Of a stretch of DNA of 64,000 bases, positions 20,294 to 31,387 are shown piece by piece. Under the pieces are notes generated by a model, which saw only the letters and a list, made by a program, of their open reading frames with translations, searched no databases and had not been told where the DNA came from. Within the stretch, counting starts at the first letter, position 1. The number at the start of each line of letters is the position of its first letter. The DNA is from a bacterium. GTDB taxonomy: Bacteria > Patescibacteriota > Minisyncoccia > Phycocordibacterales > VMGT01. The stretch is taken from NCBI GenBank assembly GCA_030697645.1, contig JAUYPI010000006.1:12017-76016 (forward strand). The letters run 5' to 3'. The position numbers and the translations under genes were made by a program.

Positions 20294-21553
20294 ATGGGCA
20301 AGCCCGTGCTGATCGGTGCTGCCCGAGCGCACCGAAGCGGCAGCGTCCGCTATCTTAAAAACGGCACCGCATGTATCAAAATTCCTGACATAAGCGAGAT
20401 ACGCATTCCACGTGCGCGGCAATTTGATCTCACCGAGGCTACGATCTTCGGGCTTAACGAACGTTTGACTTCTACTGCCGCTTCACCAATTGTTGGTGCT
20501 CGGGGCAGGATGCAGAAAACGCTTCGCGACGTGTTCAACGCCGAGTGGCAGAGGTATGCGAGAGCCTTGGAGCGCGCCGAGGACGCCGGTTCTTTTAACT
20601 ACGGCATCTATGCTCTGTATCGAGGCGAACAGACCCTTGTGCGTTACGCGTCGCCCAAGTGGCACCGGATCGTTGCTATCGCCAGCAGCTCCACGCTGCT
20701 CACCGATCCTCGGCGAGAACTCAGCTGGCAGGAGGTACAGTCGTGTTTCGCGAAGACAACGATCGCGGTTGCAGGCGGGAGCGTCGGTGGTAATGTGCTC
20801 CACTGTGCGGTGATGGACATGCGTCCGGCCGCGGTTAAAATCGCGGACAAAAGCGTGTATAAAATGGAAAATATTAATCGCGTACGGCTTCGCTACGATG
20901 AACTTGTTTCGTCAAATGAACACCGCTCCTCTCTTGCCGAGACGCTCCTGCGCAACAAGGCAGAAGTATTGGCGACGCAACTCTACGCGATAGATCCGTT
21001 TTTGAGAGCGTATGTGTATGCAGAGGGCATTACGCACGAGACACTTGGGCCGTTTCTCGACGGTACCGGCCGAGAACCCGCAGTGGATATCATCGTCGAG
21101 GAAGTAGATGACCCTCGTACCAAAATCTTACTCCGCGAAGCCGCGCGCGAGCGGCGCTTGCCGCTCATCATGGTCTCTGACTTTGGGTCCGCGGTGCAAC
21201 TCGATGTCTCGCGATATGACCTCAACCCATCGGCACCGCTCGCGTACGGTACGGAAGATGCGCTCCTTCGTACGCGCACTGATGCATTGTATGAACGAGT
21301 CGGTGACCGCGACGCTTTTTTTGATTTTGTCGATGCGCTCGCCGGCACCGACTATCGCACTGGTGAGCTCGCGGCGATTCTTCGAGGCTCGTGCGAAATC
21401 CCTACTTCCACCATCATACCGCAACTCGGCTCAACCGCCGCGATGGCAGGCGCCATCGCGGCGGAAACCATAGCGCGTGTACGCCTAGGACATCGCTATC
21501 CATCGCGCGTCGTTATGAATAAGCACACATGTGCCGTGAAGCGATATGAGTGA
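20294..21553 (+). CDS. ThiF/MoeB/E1-like adenylyltransferase-family protein with long N-terminal extension
   Basis: Rossmann motif IAVAGGSVGGNV..., PLIMVSDFGSAVQLD, IIPQLGSTAAMAGAIAAETIARV. ATG at 20294 is preceded by the aagggg RBS; the longest ORF starts at 20249. Confidence 0.6.
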   Translation: MGKPVLIGAARAHRSGSVRYLKNGTACIKIPDISEIRIPRARQFDLTEATIFGLNERLTSTAASPIVGARGRMQKTLRDVFNAEWQRYARALERAEDAGSFNYGIYALYRGEQTLVRYASPKWHRIVAIASSSTLLTDPRRELSWQEVQSCFAKTTIAVAGGSVGGNVLHCAVMDMRPAAVKIADKSVYKMENINRVRLRYDELVSSNEHRSSLAETLLRNKAEVLATQLYAIDPFLRAYVYAEGITHETLGPFLDGTGREPAVDIIVEEVDDPRTKILLREAARERRLPLIMVSDFGSAVQLDVSRYDLNPSAPLAYGTEDALLRTRTDALYERVGDRDAFFDFVDALAGTDYRTGELAAILRGSCEIPTSTIIPQLGSTAAMAGAIAAETIARVRLGHRYPSRVVMNKHTCAVKRYE

Positions 21554-21556
21554 CCG

Positions 21557-22732
21557 TCACGGAGATGGCTCGTGTGTGAGGACAAGTTCCTCAAGCGGCA
21601 CCCGCGGCGCTCTCGGACGCAGTGCATGCGCCGGGTTGCGCAGGTAACCGGCACGAAACAACGCCGCAATGGGACGAAGCGTGCCAAGAGTGAGTGCAAA
21701 CATTTTATTGACGAGGGCGACTTCGACAAGCGCGGCATGAACCGCAACCGCAATGTCGGCGCTCGTGAGCTCGAGGAGGATGCGCTCGAGCATGCGGCCG
21801 GCAGCAAGCCAGTGGGCGACGTCGTTTTTTTTAATCGTGAGGATACCTATGAGCGGGGAGCTTTCAATCCCTGCTTTACCACCGAGCGCAAACCGGAGCA
21901 TATCGTCTGGCCTGAGCGCGCCCTCTCCGACAAGGCCGTCGTGGATACGTATCGCCTGCGTATCACTGAGGCCGAACCCTATTCCCGGCATGCCACGTCC
22001 TGCGTCGGTGTCGTTGTGGAGTAGCCAGTGACCGAGCTCGCGGCTAAAGCGTGGTGAGTTGAGGACGAAATTGTCAGCTTGCGCTTGAAATTCTGCAATC
22101 GCGCGCCGTCTGACGCCATCGGTGATGAGATGAATCTTCACGCCACTCTCGTGCATCGCGAGAATTTTTTTCATGAGCGCGTGCGGCATGTGTTTTTCTG
22201 GCAGAAATTCAGCCCGCGTCATTTTGCGTGTAAAAAGGGCTCGCATGAGAGCGTGTGCGCCTCGAGCATCCCGAAGCCCTGCATGCGCCGGCTCGTCAAA
22301 TAATATTTCGGCAAGGGGCACGTACCTCTGTTCACTCCGGGCAAGAGCGGGTTTGACCTCGGATAGAGCGGCGTTGCGTAGTCGTGCCGCTCGCGTGAGA
22401 CCGTAGTAGCTCGCCGCAATGAGAGCGTTCTCCACTGCCGCACCGATGCTGATAACCGACTGTCTGCCCGTCGGGTCAGATGCGGGAAGCACAAACCTGC
22501 GGTCGAGAAAAAACTGCAAGGCTGGATTTCGTTCTCTAGTTCTAAGAACGAATGCCCATGGTTGCGTGTTGTGTGTGCTCGGGGCACGCGAGGCGCAGCA
22601 GGCAAGATATCGCAGACGCCGCTCCGGCGTAAGCGCTCCAAATGCCTCGTATGAGAGCATCGTCTCGCACACTACCTTTTCCTGTACACGCTCACGCATA
22701 GGGGGCGACGCATTGAAGCCAGTATAGTACAC
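21557..22732 (-). CDS. Tandem nitroreductase-family protein (SagB/McbC-like dehydrogenase?)
   Basis: RAPSTHNTQPWAFVL nitroreductase signature plus a second nitroreductase-like half; start uncertain (22732/22699/22660). Confidence 0.6.
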   Translation of the reverse strand: MYYTGFNASPPMRERVQEKVVCETMLSYEAFGALTPERRLRYLACCASRAPSTHNTQPWAFVLRTRERNPALQFFLDRRFVLPASDPTGRQSVISIGAAVENALIAASYYGLTRAARLRNAALSEVKPALARSEQRYVPLAEILFDEPAHAGLRDARGAHALMRALFTRKMTRAEFLPEKHMPHALMKKILAMHESGVKIHLITDGVRRRAIAEFQAQADNFVLNSPRFSRELGHWLLHNDTDAGRGMPGIGFGLSDTQAIRIHDGLVGEGALRPDDMLRFALGGKAGIESSPLIGILTIKKNDVAHWLAAGRMLERILLELTSADIAVAVHAALVEVALVNKMFALTLGTLRPIAALFRAGYLRNPAHALRPRAPRVPLEELVLTHEPSP

Positions 22733-22968
22733 TATCGGTATGCAATATTATACTATAATCACAAGCGAGCGGAAAGCGAAAAGAGGTCTTTTCATTTTCC
22801 GCCAGCGCCGTGATTATATTCAAGCGAGCGAGCGACATGCGAGAGAGTATGCCCTCTCGCATGTCCGAGCGAGCGCAGAATATATGGCACGTATGCCATA
22901 TATACCCAAAAACATTCGCAAACCTGCTGCTTTTGGGTATATAACCAGAGCGTAACACCACGAAATGT

Positions 22969-24597
22969 ATGGAGTCACTTTCTACTGAGCTTCTTCTTGG
23001 CGCGCTCGCATTTAGCACCGCTGGCCTTCTCGGACTTGTTGTATTTTTGCGGGACAGAAAGAGCGCGACCCACCAACTATTCTTCGTGCTTGCCGTTTTG
23101 ATCGAAGCGTATATCGTCGTTAACTTTGTCTCGCTGCACCCGCCACGCACCACACCGGAGAGCCAGCTCTTCTGGATCCGGATGGTCATGTTCGTCGTGT
23201 CATATATCGGACCGACGCTCCTTTTGCTCGTCACGACGTTCCCCGCGAAGCGAATTCGTCTCTCGTGGCGCTTGCTCGTGCCAGTGGGTATGCTCATGGT
23301 CGCTTCCGCCGCCGCCTCTCTTTTGCCGTTCGTGTTTTCGTCAATCCACTATCCGGAAGGTGAGCCGATCCCCATTCCCGGCCCCGGCATATTTGTCTTT
23401 GCGGCAGACTTCGTCGGCCTTTTTATTCTCAGCTTTGTCGTTCTATTGGTTCGTTATCGCCGTGCAGTGGGACCAGAACGCTCCATGCTCAACTACCTCT
23501 TCTGGGGTGTAGTAGTGTCGTTCTCGCTCATGGCGATTTTCGCGTTTCTATTCGTTGTCGTCATCAAAACATCAGCGTTCGTCTTCCTCGGCCCTATTTT
23601 CCCGGTGATCCTTATGGCATCGATCGCTTATGCGATCGTTCGGCATAGGATGTTTAACATTCGTCTTATTGCTACTGAAGCGCTTGTCGTCTCCATCCTC
23701 ATCTTTCTCTTCGTGCGTTTATTTACTCGCCTCTCTACAACAGACATCGTCATCGACGCTACTATCTTTGTTCTCTCTGCGGTGTTCGGGGTGCTTGTGA
23801 TCCGTGGCGTCCACAGAGAAGCAGCGGCACGCGAGCGGATACAAAAACTTGCTGACGATCTCAGAGCGGCGAACGTTCGCCTCCAAGAGCTCGACCAGCT
23901 CAAATCCGAGTTTCTCTCACTTGCCTCGCACCAGATTAGGACGCCGATCTCAGTGATCAAAGGCTATGCATCCCTTCTTCTTGAAGGATCGATCGGGCCA
24001 CTCACTGAGCAGGTGCACGAGGCGGTGGATCGTATTTTTCGTTCAGGCAACGCGCTCGCGCTCATTGTAGACGACTTTTTGAACATATCACGCATCGAAC
24101 AGGGGCAGCTGAAGTATGATTTCGTCGAGATTGATCTTTCAGCCCTTCTGTCCCGCCTCGTCGAGGAGCAACGTTCGGTGTCTGAGAAGATAGGACTCAC
24201 ACTCGACCTCCACATGCAAACGGGGGAACCCGTCACCATACAGGGGGACGAAGGAAAAATTCGTCAGGTTGTCGCGAACCTCATCGACAATGCGATTAAG
24301 TACACGCCGCATGGGGGCATCACTGTGACGCTCGGAGGGCATGCTGAGGAGGGGTGCGTACACCTCTCGGTTTCTGACACCGGCATCGGCATAGCAAAAG
24401 AGACGATCCCAACGCTGTTCACCAAATTCGGCCGTGCAAAGAATGCGAGCGCACATAATGTCTCCGGCACTGGCCTCGGCCTCTACCTTGCAAGACAAAT
24501 TGTCCAGGCGCACGGCGGTAAAATTTGGGCCGAGTCCGAAGGGGAAGGGAAAGGCACAACCTTACATCTCGAGCTCCGCAAGCGGCTCCTATCGTAG
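22969..24597 (+). CDS. Sensor histidine kinase (polytopic membrane N-terminus, HisKA + HATPase_c)
   Basis: Multiple TM helices; H-box SHQIRTPISVIKGYASLL; N/G1/G2 boxes (NLIDNAIKYT, DTGIGI, GTGLGL). Confidence 0.85.
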   Translation: MESLSTELLLGALAFSTAGLLGLVVFLRDRKSATHQLFFVLAVLIEAYIVVNFVSLHPPRTTPESQLFWIRMVMFVVSYIGPTLLLLVTTFPAKRIRLSWRLLVPVGMLMVASAAASLLPFVFSSIHYPEGEPIPIPGPGIFVFAADFVGLFILSFVVLLVRYRRAVGPERSMLNYLFWGVVVSFSLMAIFAFLFVVVIKTSAFVFLGPIFPVILMASIAYAIVRHRMFNIRLIATEALVVSILIFLFVRLFTRLSTTDIVIDATIFVLSAVFGVLVIRGVHREAAARERIQKLADDLRAANVRLQELDQLKSEFLSLASHQIRTPISVIKGYASLLLEGSIGPLTEQVHEAVDRIFRSGNALALIVDDFLNISRIEQGQLKYDFVEIDLSALLSRLVEEQRSVSEKIGLTLDLHMQTGEPVTIQGDEGKIRQVVANLIDNAIKYTPHGGITVTLGGHAEEGCVHLSVSDTGIGIAKETIPTLFTKFGRAKNASAHNVSGTGLGLYLARQIVQAHGGKIWAESEGEGKGTTLHLELRKRLLS

Positions 24598-24719
24598 AAG
24601 TTGGACGTTGGACGGTCGCTTTGCGACGCCCTCGAAAAACATCTGGTATCAAAGCGTGGGGCCTGATATCCCACGTTTTGCTTTCGCGCTTCGTCTGCTT
24701 TTTTGCTATGCTGTAGCTC

Positions 24720-25715
24720 ATGACAGCGGACGGGCAAAAAACGCTCCTCTCCGGCGTGAAGCCGACGGGAAGGCCGCACATTGGCAACTACTTTGGCGCG
24801 ATGAGGCAGTTCGTCGAGCTCTCGCGGCAGCACGGCGGCGGATTTTTCATGATCGCCGATTATCATGCGCTCACTACTCTCTACGACCCGCGCTCTCTTG
24901 CCGAGAACACGATCGGCGTTGCACTCGACTACCTCGCGATCGGGCTTGATCCGGAGCGCGCCGTGATTTTTAAACAGTCGGACGTGCAAGCGCATACCGA
25001 GCTTGCATGGATCTTTGATTGCATTACGACGATGCCCTACCTCATGCGCGCGCACGCGTTCAAGGATGCCGAGGCGAAAAATAAAGAGATCAGCGTCGGC
25101 ACGTTCAATTACCCGATGCTCATGGCCGCGGACATCCTGCTCTACAGCCCCGACATCGTGCCGGTCGGGGACGACCAGAAACAGCATCTCGAGATTGCGC
25201 GCGACACGGCAGCAAAATTCAACGGCATTTTTGGCGAGACCTTCAAGCTGCCAGAGCCGCACATACTCGAGCATGTCGGCACCGTCCCCGGGCTCGACGG
25301 CCGCAAGATGAGCAAGAGCTACAAAAACACCATCCCGCTCTTTGCAGAAGATGAAGAAATTGCGCAGCTTGTAATGAATATCGTGACGGATTCCCGAGCC
25401 AAAGGCGAGCCACTTGATCCGCACACTGATACTGTTTTTGCGCTCCACTCTCTTTTTGCGAACGAAACGGAACTCGCTCGGCTTGCCGAGAGATATCGAA
25501 GCGGCAGCATCGGCTACAGAGAATCAAAGGAGCTCCTCGTCGAGCGCCTGAAGACATTTGCCGCACCCCTGCGCGAAAAACGCAGAAACATGGCGAGCGA
25601 TAGAGCGCGTGTACTCGATGTGCTCGAGGAAGGCGCAAGAAAAGCTCTGGCGAGGGCGGGCGCGACAATGGCAGACGTGCGCCGAAAAATCGGCGTATGC
25701 TCATACCCGGGGTAG
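24720..25715 (+). CDS. trpS: Tryptophanyl-tRNA synthetase
   Basis: Class I HIGN (TGRPHIGNYFGA) and KMSKS motifs; 331 aa. Confidence 0.9.
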   Translation: MTADGQKTLLSGVKPTGRPHIGNYFGAMRQFVELSRQHGGGFFMIADYHALTTLYDPRSLAENTIGVALDYLAIGLDPERAVIFKQSDVQAHTELAWIFDCITTMPYLMRAHAFKDAEAKNKEISVGTFNYPMLMAADILLYSPDIVPVGDDQKQHLEIARDTAAKFNGIFGETFKLPEPHILEHVGTVPGLDGRKMSKSYKNTIPLFAEDEEIAQLVMNIVTDSRAKGEPLDPHTDTVFALHSLFANETELARLAERYRSGSIGYRESKELLVERLKTFAAPLREKRRNMASDRARVLDVLEEGARKALARAGATMADVRRKIGVCSYPG

Positions 25716-25734
25716 TCCCCTGAATCGGAACGAG

Positions 25735-25880
25735 TAATCACTCACACCCGTCATTGCGAGCGGAGCGAAGTAATCCAGTTGTTGAGCCGTAATTCTGGAT
25801 TGCCTCGTCGCTCCACTCCGTTCCGCTTCTCGCAATGACGGCTGTGTTGTGCAGCTTTGTGATAGGTGTGAGTGATTACC
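25735..25880. repeat. Family-3 palindromic element (second copy)
   Basis: gtaatcactcacacccgtcattgcgagcgg...ctcgcaatgacgg...ggtgtgagtgattac; interior ctggattgcctcgtcgctccactccg matches the 85-275 copy. Confidence 0.65.
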
Positions 25881-25936
25881 GGAACGAATGTTGACGACCG
25901 TATGTCGTGCGTTGTATAGTAGTAGAGTATACGCCC

Positions 25937-26254
25937 ATGTCTACGTTAACGATTACTTTACCTCAGAGGAAGATGCGACAAGTGGAGCAACGCGCTCGCG
26001 CGGCGGGTTTTCGCGCTCCTGGCACATGGGCGCGCAGTATCATCGAAACCGAAGTGGCGCGCGATGAAGATGACGAGGAGATCACTGAAGATACTATTTT
26101 ACGGTGGTCGAGGGAGGCAAAGGTGCTGAAACGAGCAGGCAAACTTCCCATTTTGCGTTCATTGGCCGACCTCCGTTCTACTCGACGTGGTTTTTCGGGG
26201 CGACCAAATACTGCGAAGCGGTCAGGCCGCTCGCTCACCGTGGGCGCGCGATAA
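25937..26254 (+). CDS. Ribbon-helix-helix (CopG/ParD-like) DNA-binding protein
   Basis: MSTLTITLPQRKMRQVEQRARAAGFRAPGTWARSIIETEV resembles an RHH antitoxin N-terminus. Confidence 0.4.
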   Translation: MSTLTITLPQRKMRQVEQRARAAGFRAPGTWARSIIETEVARDEDDEEITEDTILRWSREAKVLKRAGKLPILRSLADLRSTRRGFSGRPNTAKRSGRSLTVGAR

Positions 26255-26315
26255 GAACCGTGCATAGAGGCGGGCATTGTCTCTCGTCTCTTTTTTGCGT
26301 CGTCTGTTTTCGTCT

Positions 26316-26348
26316 CTAAAAGCTAAAAGCTATCAGCTAACAGCTTGT
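26316..26348. repeat. Family-2 half-element (ctaaaagctaaaagctatcagctaacagc) directly upstream of fusA
   Basis: Right-arm sequence only. Confidence 0.5.
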
Positions 26349-26351
26349 ACT

Positions 26352-28487
<2,136 letters not shown>

Positions 28488-28625
28488 GCATGCTAGTCTG
28501 CAAGAGGTGCCCGTACGATCGGTATTCTGTACCCGCTTATTGGAATATTTACAATCGTCTGGCTGATTTTGTTTACTGCCTCTCTCTATCCGAGATAGAT
28601 TCTCACCTCAAGGAAGGAGGAAGAC

Positions 28626-28823
28626 GTGAAGAAGTTATGGAAAATAATTCGCGGCACCGAAGATCCGGTAAGTTTTGGTATCGAAATGAGTGGGATCGTT
28701 CCTTCTTTGCTTATCGGAGTAGTTCTCGTTATCTTTGCACGGGGTGAGTGGAAGTGGATTGGAGCGTTTTCTCTACTCGTTGCCCTTGCTTTCTTTGTGT
28801 CACCCCGCGTCTGGATAAAGTGA
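28626..28823 (+). CDS. Small hypothetical membrane protein
   Basis: 65 aa, two hydrophobic helices, aaggagg RBS; low-GC pocket. Confidence 0.35.
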   Translation: MKKLWKIIRGTEDPVSFGIEMSGIVPSLLIGVVLVIFARGEWKWIGAFSLLVALAFFVSPRVWIK

Positions 28824-28887
28824 CCACACTCATCGTCCCGCTTAGTAAGCATTGCGCTGAACGGCGGGGCGTTTTTTTTGTATATAC

Positions 28888-28935
28888 GTACAGATACGAA
28901 ACTACTTTGAGAAGTTGGACTTCTCAAAGTAGTTT
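28888..28935. terminator. Perfect 18-bp-stem hairpin
   Basis: cgaaactactttgagaag ttgga cttctcaaagtagtttcg. Confidence 0.5.
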
Positions 28936-29000
28936 CGTCGGTGTTTTTATGTGCGTGGTTTTTGAGATATGGGTTAAAAAACAGCGCGGCCAAAAAAGAA

Positions 29001-29036
29001 CGCCCCACGCATGATATACATGGGGCGTTTTTTTTT
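29001..29036 (+). terminator. Rho-independent terminator
   Basis: acgccccacgcatgatatacatggggcgt followed by ttttttttt. Confidence 0.7.
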
Positions 29037-29122
29037 GTGAAATTGGATCTCCTATTGATCTTCTGAAGGCCGTGGCCTCTGCTGGATGATTTTTTTGTGT
29101 GCGGGGCATATCTGATGCGAAT

Positions 29123-29497
29123 TCACGCTATGCCCAAAGCGATGTTAAGGCGGCGATGAGCACGAGCGATGGCAAGACGTGCTCTCCGTTCTTTTTGGCG
29201 ACATCTGTGACAAACAGGTTCGTTTTCAATGCGCATACTGACCAGTTCGACTTTTTTGCATCTGTAACACCGCTCATGAACGGAAGAGTCATAGTAGCGA
29301 GCGTTGCTATAGCAGTTTTCGCAAATTGGCTCCCTGTCTTCGGTGCGTACTTTGACTGATTTCACCCGCCCGCACACGGAACATTTTTCGTGTGTAGCAG
29401 GATCTTTCTTCCGACACTCCTGGCAACGCAACTTTCCGGATTTACGATTTAGCTGGACTCTTTTTTCTTCTCCGCATACACTGCATATTCCCTGCAT
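29123..29497 (-). CDS. Zinc-ribbon repeat protein (four CxxC pairs)
   Basis: Strong RBS ggagg 5 nt before ATG 29497; CxxC...CxxC repeated. Confidence 0.6.
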   Translation of the reverse strand: MQGICSVCGEEKRVQLNRKSGKLRCQECRKKDPATHEKCSVCGRVKSVKVRTEDREPICENCYSNARYYDSSVHERCYRCKKVELVSMRIENEPVCHRCRQKERRARLAIARAHRRLNIALGIA

Positions 29498-29776
29498 CGC
29501 CACCTCCTCGTTTATGAACAGGGTGAGATAATCGAAATTCTATTTCTTTCTTACCACAGGTGTCTTACAGGAGTCAACCGCGCCTCCCGTAATTTTTTCC
29601 CTATTCCTAATTTTTGGAGTTCAGATTTCCTAAACTCTGTCCGACATCCGATGTCGGAGTCGGACAGGAGATCCTATCATTCCCTCCCCGTGGCCTTTTG
29701 GCGTGGAGTGCACACGGGTACCTTTCTCTGGCGTATACCGAATGCATCAAGGCGATGGATTTAGTATAGTATACGT

Positions 29777-29986
29777 ATGGAAACAAACGACGTCATACAG
29801 AAACTCGAGGCTCACGAAAAAAAGCTTGACGCGATATTTCGGTCTACGGAAAAAACGCGCAGGTATATATTCTGGACTATGATTGGCAGCATCGTTGTAT
29901 TCGTACTGCCCCTCATCGGTCTCTTATTCGTGGTGCCTTATTTTTTGAGCGTGTATTCCTCAATGTATCAGGGATTGGGGCTCTGA
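29777..29986 (+). CDS. Small hypothetical membrane protein
   Basis: 69 aa with one long hydrophobic segment. Confidence 0.3.
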   Translation: METNDVIQKLEAHEKKLDAIFRSTEKTRRYIFWTMIGSIVVFVLPLIGLLFVVPYFLSVYSSMYQGLGL

Positions 29987-29993
29987 TACATTC

Positions 29994-31106
29994 CTATCGT
30001 GGAGAAGATGCAGGATTCGTCTGGCGGAGCGGGATCGTGAATCGTATGGTAGTGCCTTCGTTTTCAGCGCTGGTGAAATCCATCTTACCGCCGTGGTTTT
30101 CGACGATATTTTTCGCCATGTAGAGGCCGAGGCCGGTGCCGGCGGTAGCATAGAGTTTAGCATTTCTGGCGCGGAAGAATTGATCGAAGACCTGGCGCTG
30201 TTGCTCCTTCGGGATGCCAATGCCGGTGTCTGCGACGCTGACCTCGATGTCTCGCGCCTTCTTTCGTACGGTGAGCGCGACCGCACCTCCTTCAGGCGTA
30301 TATTTGATCGCGTTGTTGATAAGGTTGTCAATAACGATGCCGACTTTTTCTGCGTCGATCGAAATTGAGGGCAGCACGGAGGGCAGAGAGATTGAGAAAG
30401 CGACTCGCTTACGCTTGGCAACAGGACGCGTTGCGTTAACGACCTTTTCAATAATCGGCAGGAAATCCTGTTCCACCGGCACGAAGCCAAAGCGTCCTTC
30501 CTCGATGCGCGCAGTGTCGAGGAGGTCGCTAATGAGCTCTGTCGCAGTGACTGTCACCCCGAGGCTCTCATTGAGTATTTTGAGCTGTTCCTCACTGAGC
30601 GGCCCGAGTTCGCCGTCAACAAGCGACTGGAGCGACCAACGCACGCCTGTGAGAGGTGTCCGGAGCTGGTGCGCCGCGACTGAGACGAATTCTGATTTGA
30701 CGAGATCAAGGCCTTCGAGGCGCGTGTTCGCGCTCGAGAGCTCGATATCACGGCGCACGAGCACCTTGCCGACCTCGCTGAATTCACCCGCGACGCGGGA
30801 ATACTCATCGTTCGCCCGGGAGGACTCTCGGTCTTTGCGCACGAGAAGCCGTGCGCTATCGGTGTTCTCGTGAAGCCATACTTCGAGCTCTTGGTTGTGT
30901 TTGCTGAGCGTGCGCACGGCGCTGAACGCTGCCGTCGCCGCCCCCGCTGCAGTGAGGGCGGTGAGAGCGCCCCAGAGCACGCGGTTAAGCAGGCCTGCCG
31001 TTAAAATCGCGGCCGCAGTCACGAGCGGCGAGAGAAGGAGCGCGAGGGTAAGGCGGAGGCGGGGGGAGAGAGTAAAGATATTGCCGGCATGTTTGGGAAA
31101 GTGCAT
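29994..31106 (-). CDS. Sensor histidine kinase
   Basis: N-terminal TM segments, H-box AAHQLRTPLTGV, N/G boxes NLINNAIKYT, DTGIGI, GTGLGL; ATG at 31106 (TTG at 31121 also possible). Confidence 0.85.
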   Translation of the reverse strand: MHFPKHAGNIFTLSPRLRLTLALLLSPLVTAAAILTAGLLNRVLWGALTALTAAGAATAAFSAVRTLSKHNQELEVWLHENTDSARLLVRKDRESSRANDEYSRVAGEFSEVGKVLVRRDIELSSANTRLEGLDLVKSEFVSVAAHQLRTPLTGVRWSLQSLVDGELGPLSEEQLKILNESLGVTVTATELISDLLDTARIEEGRFGFVPVEQDFLPIIEKVVNATRPVAKRKRVAFSISLPSVLPSISIDAEKVGIVIDNLINNAIKYTPEGGAVALTVRKKARDIEVSVADTGIGIPKEQQRQVFDQFFRARNAKLYATAGTGLGLYMAKNIVENHGGKMDFTSAENEGTTIRFTIPLRQTNPASSPR

Positions 31107-31124
31107 GGGAGTAAAATGCAAAGT

Positions 31125-31335
31125 TCAAAGCGCAAAACGCAAAACAACAACGCAAAATAACACAGTAAAATTCGAATTTCCAACCAACAAGCTCCAAATC
31201 AAATAAATTCCAAGCTCCAACCAACAAGCTCCAAACAAATTTCAAATTCCAATGCATCAAATCTCAAACACGCACGTCGTGTTTGGAAATTGGATTTTGA
31301 ATATTGGGATTTGTTTGGAAATTGTTTTTTGGAAA
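31125..31335. repeat. Long variant palindromic A-tract element (ccaaatttc/ggaaattgg units around caaacacgcacgtcgtgtttgg)
   Basis: Tandem ~10-nt units on both sides of a palindromic ACGTCG-like core. Confidence 0.7.
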
Positions 31336-31387
31336 TTGGAGATTCGTTTTGCTTTTTGCACTGTTGTTTTTCGCTTTACACTTTGCG

